Source: a virus
Lineage: Duplodnaviria > Heunggongvirae > Uroviricota > Caudoviricetes
DNA: 5,504 nucleotides
Reading direction: 5' to 3' (one strand)
Virus record (IMG/VR): IMGVR_UViG_2690316225_000010
Span: 1 to 5,504 of that record
Both the position numbers and the translations under genes were made by a program. Of this stretch, positions 1-5,504 are shown piece after piece. The notes below the pieces were generated by a model. That model had not been told where the DNA came from. It saw nothing but the letters and a program-made list of their open reading frames with translations, and did not search any database. Every line of letters starts with the position of its first letter. The first letter of the stretch is position 1.

Positions 1-2
1 AG

Positions 3-215
3 ATGCTGGCACCGAAAGCCAGAACTCCCCGTACACAGACAACGGATAACGGTAAGCAGAACACCTATTTCTCCTCACTGGATAACATGGTTGCCCAGGG
101 CAATGTTCTGCCTGTTCTGTACGGGGAAATGCGCGTGGGGTCACGCGTGGTTTCTCAGGAGATCAGCACGGCAGACGAAGGGGACGGTGGTCAGGTTGTG
201 GTGATTGGTCGCTGA
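3..215 (+). CDS. I: Tail assembly protein I (lambda gpI-like), C-terminal 70 codons; 5' end lies upstream of the window
   Basis: ORF open from the window edge to TGA at 213..215. Translation ...MLAPKARTPRTQTTDNGKQNTYFSSLDNMVAQGNVLPVLYGEMRVGSRVVSQEISTADEGDGGQVVVIGR matches the C-terminus of lambda gpI as I recall it, essentially residue for residue. It sits immediately upstream of J, as in lambda. Confidence 0.85.
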   Translation: MLAPKARTPRTQTTDNGKQNTYFSSLDNMVAQGNVLPVLYGEMRVGSRVVSQEISTADEGDGGQVVVIGR

Positions 216-233
216 TGCAAAATGTTTTATGTG

Positions 234-254
234 AAACCGCCTGCGGGCGGTTTT
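234..254 (+). other. Hairpin in the I-J intergenic spacer (possible weak intrinsic terminator or RNA stability element)
   Basis: Read directly: AAACCGCC (234..241), loop TGCG, GGCGGTTT (246..253) form a perfect 8-bp inverted repeat, followed by a short T-rich stretch. It lies 19 nt after the I stop codon. Confidence 0.3.
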
Positions 255-263
255 GTCATTTAT

Positions 264-267
264 GGAG
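264..267 (+). promoter_or_regulatory. Shine-Dalgarno-like GGAG upstream of the J start
   Basis: GGAG at 264..267 lies 8 nt upstream of ATG 276. A second purine-rich GAGGA at 271..275 abuts the start codon. Confidence 0.45.
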
Positions 268-272
268 CGTGA

Positions 273-4843
<4,571 letters not shown>

Positions 4844-4862
4844 CGGTTTATTAACCCGGACG

Positions 4863-4886
4863 GGCACCTCAGGAGGTGCCTTTTTT
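4863..4886 (+). terminator. Rho-independent terminator downstream of J
   Basis: GGCACC (4863..4868) and GGTGCC (4875..4880) form a perfect GC-rich stem around loop TCAGGA, followed immediately by TTTTTT (4881..4886). It lies 20 nt after the J stop codon. Confidence 0.7.
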
Positions 4887-4900
4887 ATTGACTGAAAACA

Positions 4901-4906
4901 AAGAGG
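4901..4906 (+). promoter_or_regulatory. Shine-Dalgarno AAGAGG for lom
   Basis: AAGAGG at 4901..4906, 5-nt spacer, ATG at 4912. Confidence 0.6.
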
Positions 4907-4911
4907 TAATC

Positions 4912-5504
4912 ATGCGGCATTTATACGCAACGATATTATTGTTTACTACCCTGCTGGCAGGAATTGCCTTTCCTGCACAGGCTGAAAGCGGACACGGTGC
5001 ATTTTCCGTGGGATATGCTCAGGTTCACCCGGGCGGCGTACCGGCATTGTCCGGTACCGGTGCGCGTGCAGGTGATTTAAAAGGGATTAATGTGAAATAC
5101 CGTTATGAGTTCACGGATCACCTGGGCGGCATTGTCGCGCTGAGTTATGCATCGGTGAAGAAAAGTGACACGATGAAGACGGGTGAAAATACCTTCCATT
5201 ATGAAAGCCTGCGCGGTCGTTATGTCAGTCTGATGGCCGGCCCTGTCTGGCAGCTCAGTGAGCGGGTCAGTCTCTATGGCATGGCCGGGATGGCGTACAC
5301 CCGCTGGTCTGACAGTGTTCAGGATTACCGGCGTGATGAAGTGAAACCGGGGTATGTGAAGGAGACCACCACCGCCAGTGATGGCCATACTGCGCGTCAT
5401 CTGTCGCCGGCCTGGAATGCCGGGATTCAGTTCAGTCCCGTAGAGACGGTGGTTATTGACCTTGCTTATGAAGGTTCCGCCAGTGGCGACTGGCGCACTG
5501 ACGG
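4912..5504 (+). CDS. lom: Lom-family outer membrane protein (Ail/Lom/PagC/Rck beta-barrel family), N-terminal 197 codons; 3' end beyond the window
   Basis: Not in the supplied ORF track because it has no stop in the window; translated by hand from ATG 4912: MRHLYATILLFTTLLAGIAFPAQAESGHGAFSVGYAQVHPGG...KGINVKYRYEFTD...TFHYESLRGRYVSLMAGPV...DYRRDEVKPGYVKETTTASDGHTARHLSPAWNAGIQFSPVETVVIDLAYEGSASGDWRTDG. It has a signal peptide with an AQA/E cleavage motif and blocks matching lambda Lom as I recall it (KGINVKYRYE, TFHYESLRGRYVS, ETTTA, AGIQ, DWRTDG). Position directly downstream of J matches lambda. Confidence 0.85.
   Translation, partial: MRHLYATILLFTTLLAGIAFPAQAESGHGAFSVGYAQVHPGGVPALSGTGARAGDLKGINVKYRYEFTDHLGGIVALSYASVKKSDTMKTGENTFHYESLRGRYVSLMAGPVWQLSERVSLYGMAGMAYTRWSDSVQDYRRDEVKPGYVKETTTASDGHTARHLSPAWNAGIQFSPVETVVIDLAYEGSASGDWRTD

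Noticed and set aside
4887-4893. TTGACT resembling a -35 promoter hexamer upstream of lom
   Set aside because: It lies only 18 nt upstream of the lom ATG and overlaps the terminator T-tract, leaving no room for a -10 element, transcription start and the AAGAGG ribosome-binding site. Most likely just part of the AT-rich terminator tail.
5077-5400. 107-aa minus-strand ORF antisense to lom
   Set aside because: Fully contained within the lom coding sequence, whose + strand translation shows clear Lom-family motifs. The antisense ORF is most likely spurious.

Overview
This window is the distal tail module of a lambda-like (lambdoid) enterobacterial phage or prophage, all on the + strand: the 3' end of tail assembly gene I (3..215), a host-specificity / central tail fibre gene J (276..4843) and the 5' part of a lom-family outer-membrane protein gene (4912..5504, runs off the window). 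The unusual feature is in J: a ~1.09 kb internal segment (~1461..2548) is present a second time directly downstream (~2549..3633), and the second copy sits 2 nt out of register with the first. J is therefore split into two overlapping ORFs of 763 aa and 761 aa (stop at 2565..2567, GTG restart at 2558 preceded by an AGGAA Shine-Dalgarno-like motif). The two copies are not equally similar along their length: the 5' two-thirds are clearly diverged, while the 3' third is nearly identical and includes a 167-bp perfect direct repeat. The part of J downstream of the duplication (about 3800 onward), including the receptor-binding C-terminus, is strongly diverged from lambda J as I recall it. Intrinsic-terminator-like hairpins lie after I (weak) and after J (strong). 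I see no CRISPR array, tRNA/rRNA gene, transposase or integrase in the window, and no evidence of a novel defence or other system beyond the rearranged J gene. All homology statements rest on reading the translations against remembered lambda reference proteins; no database search was run.
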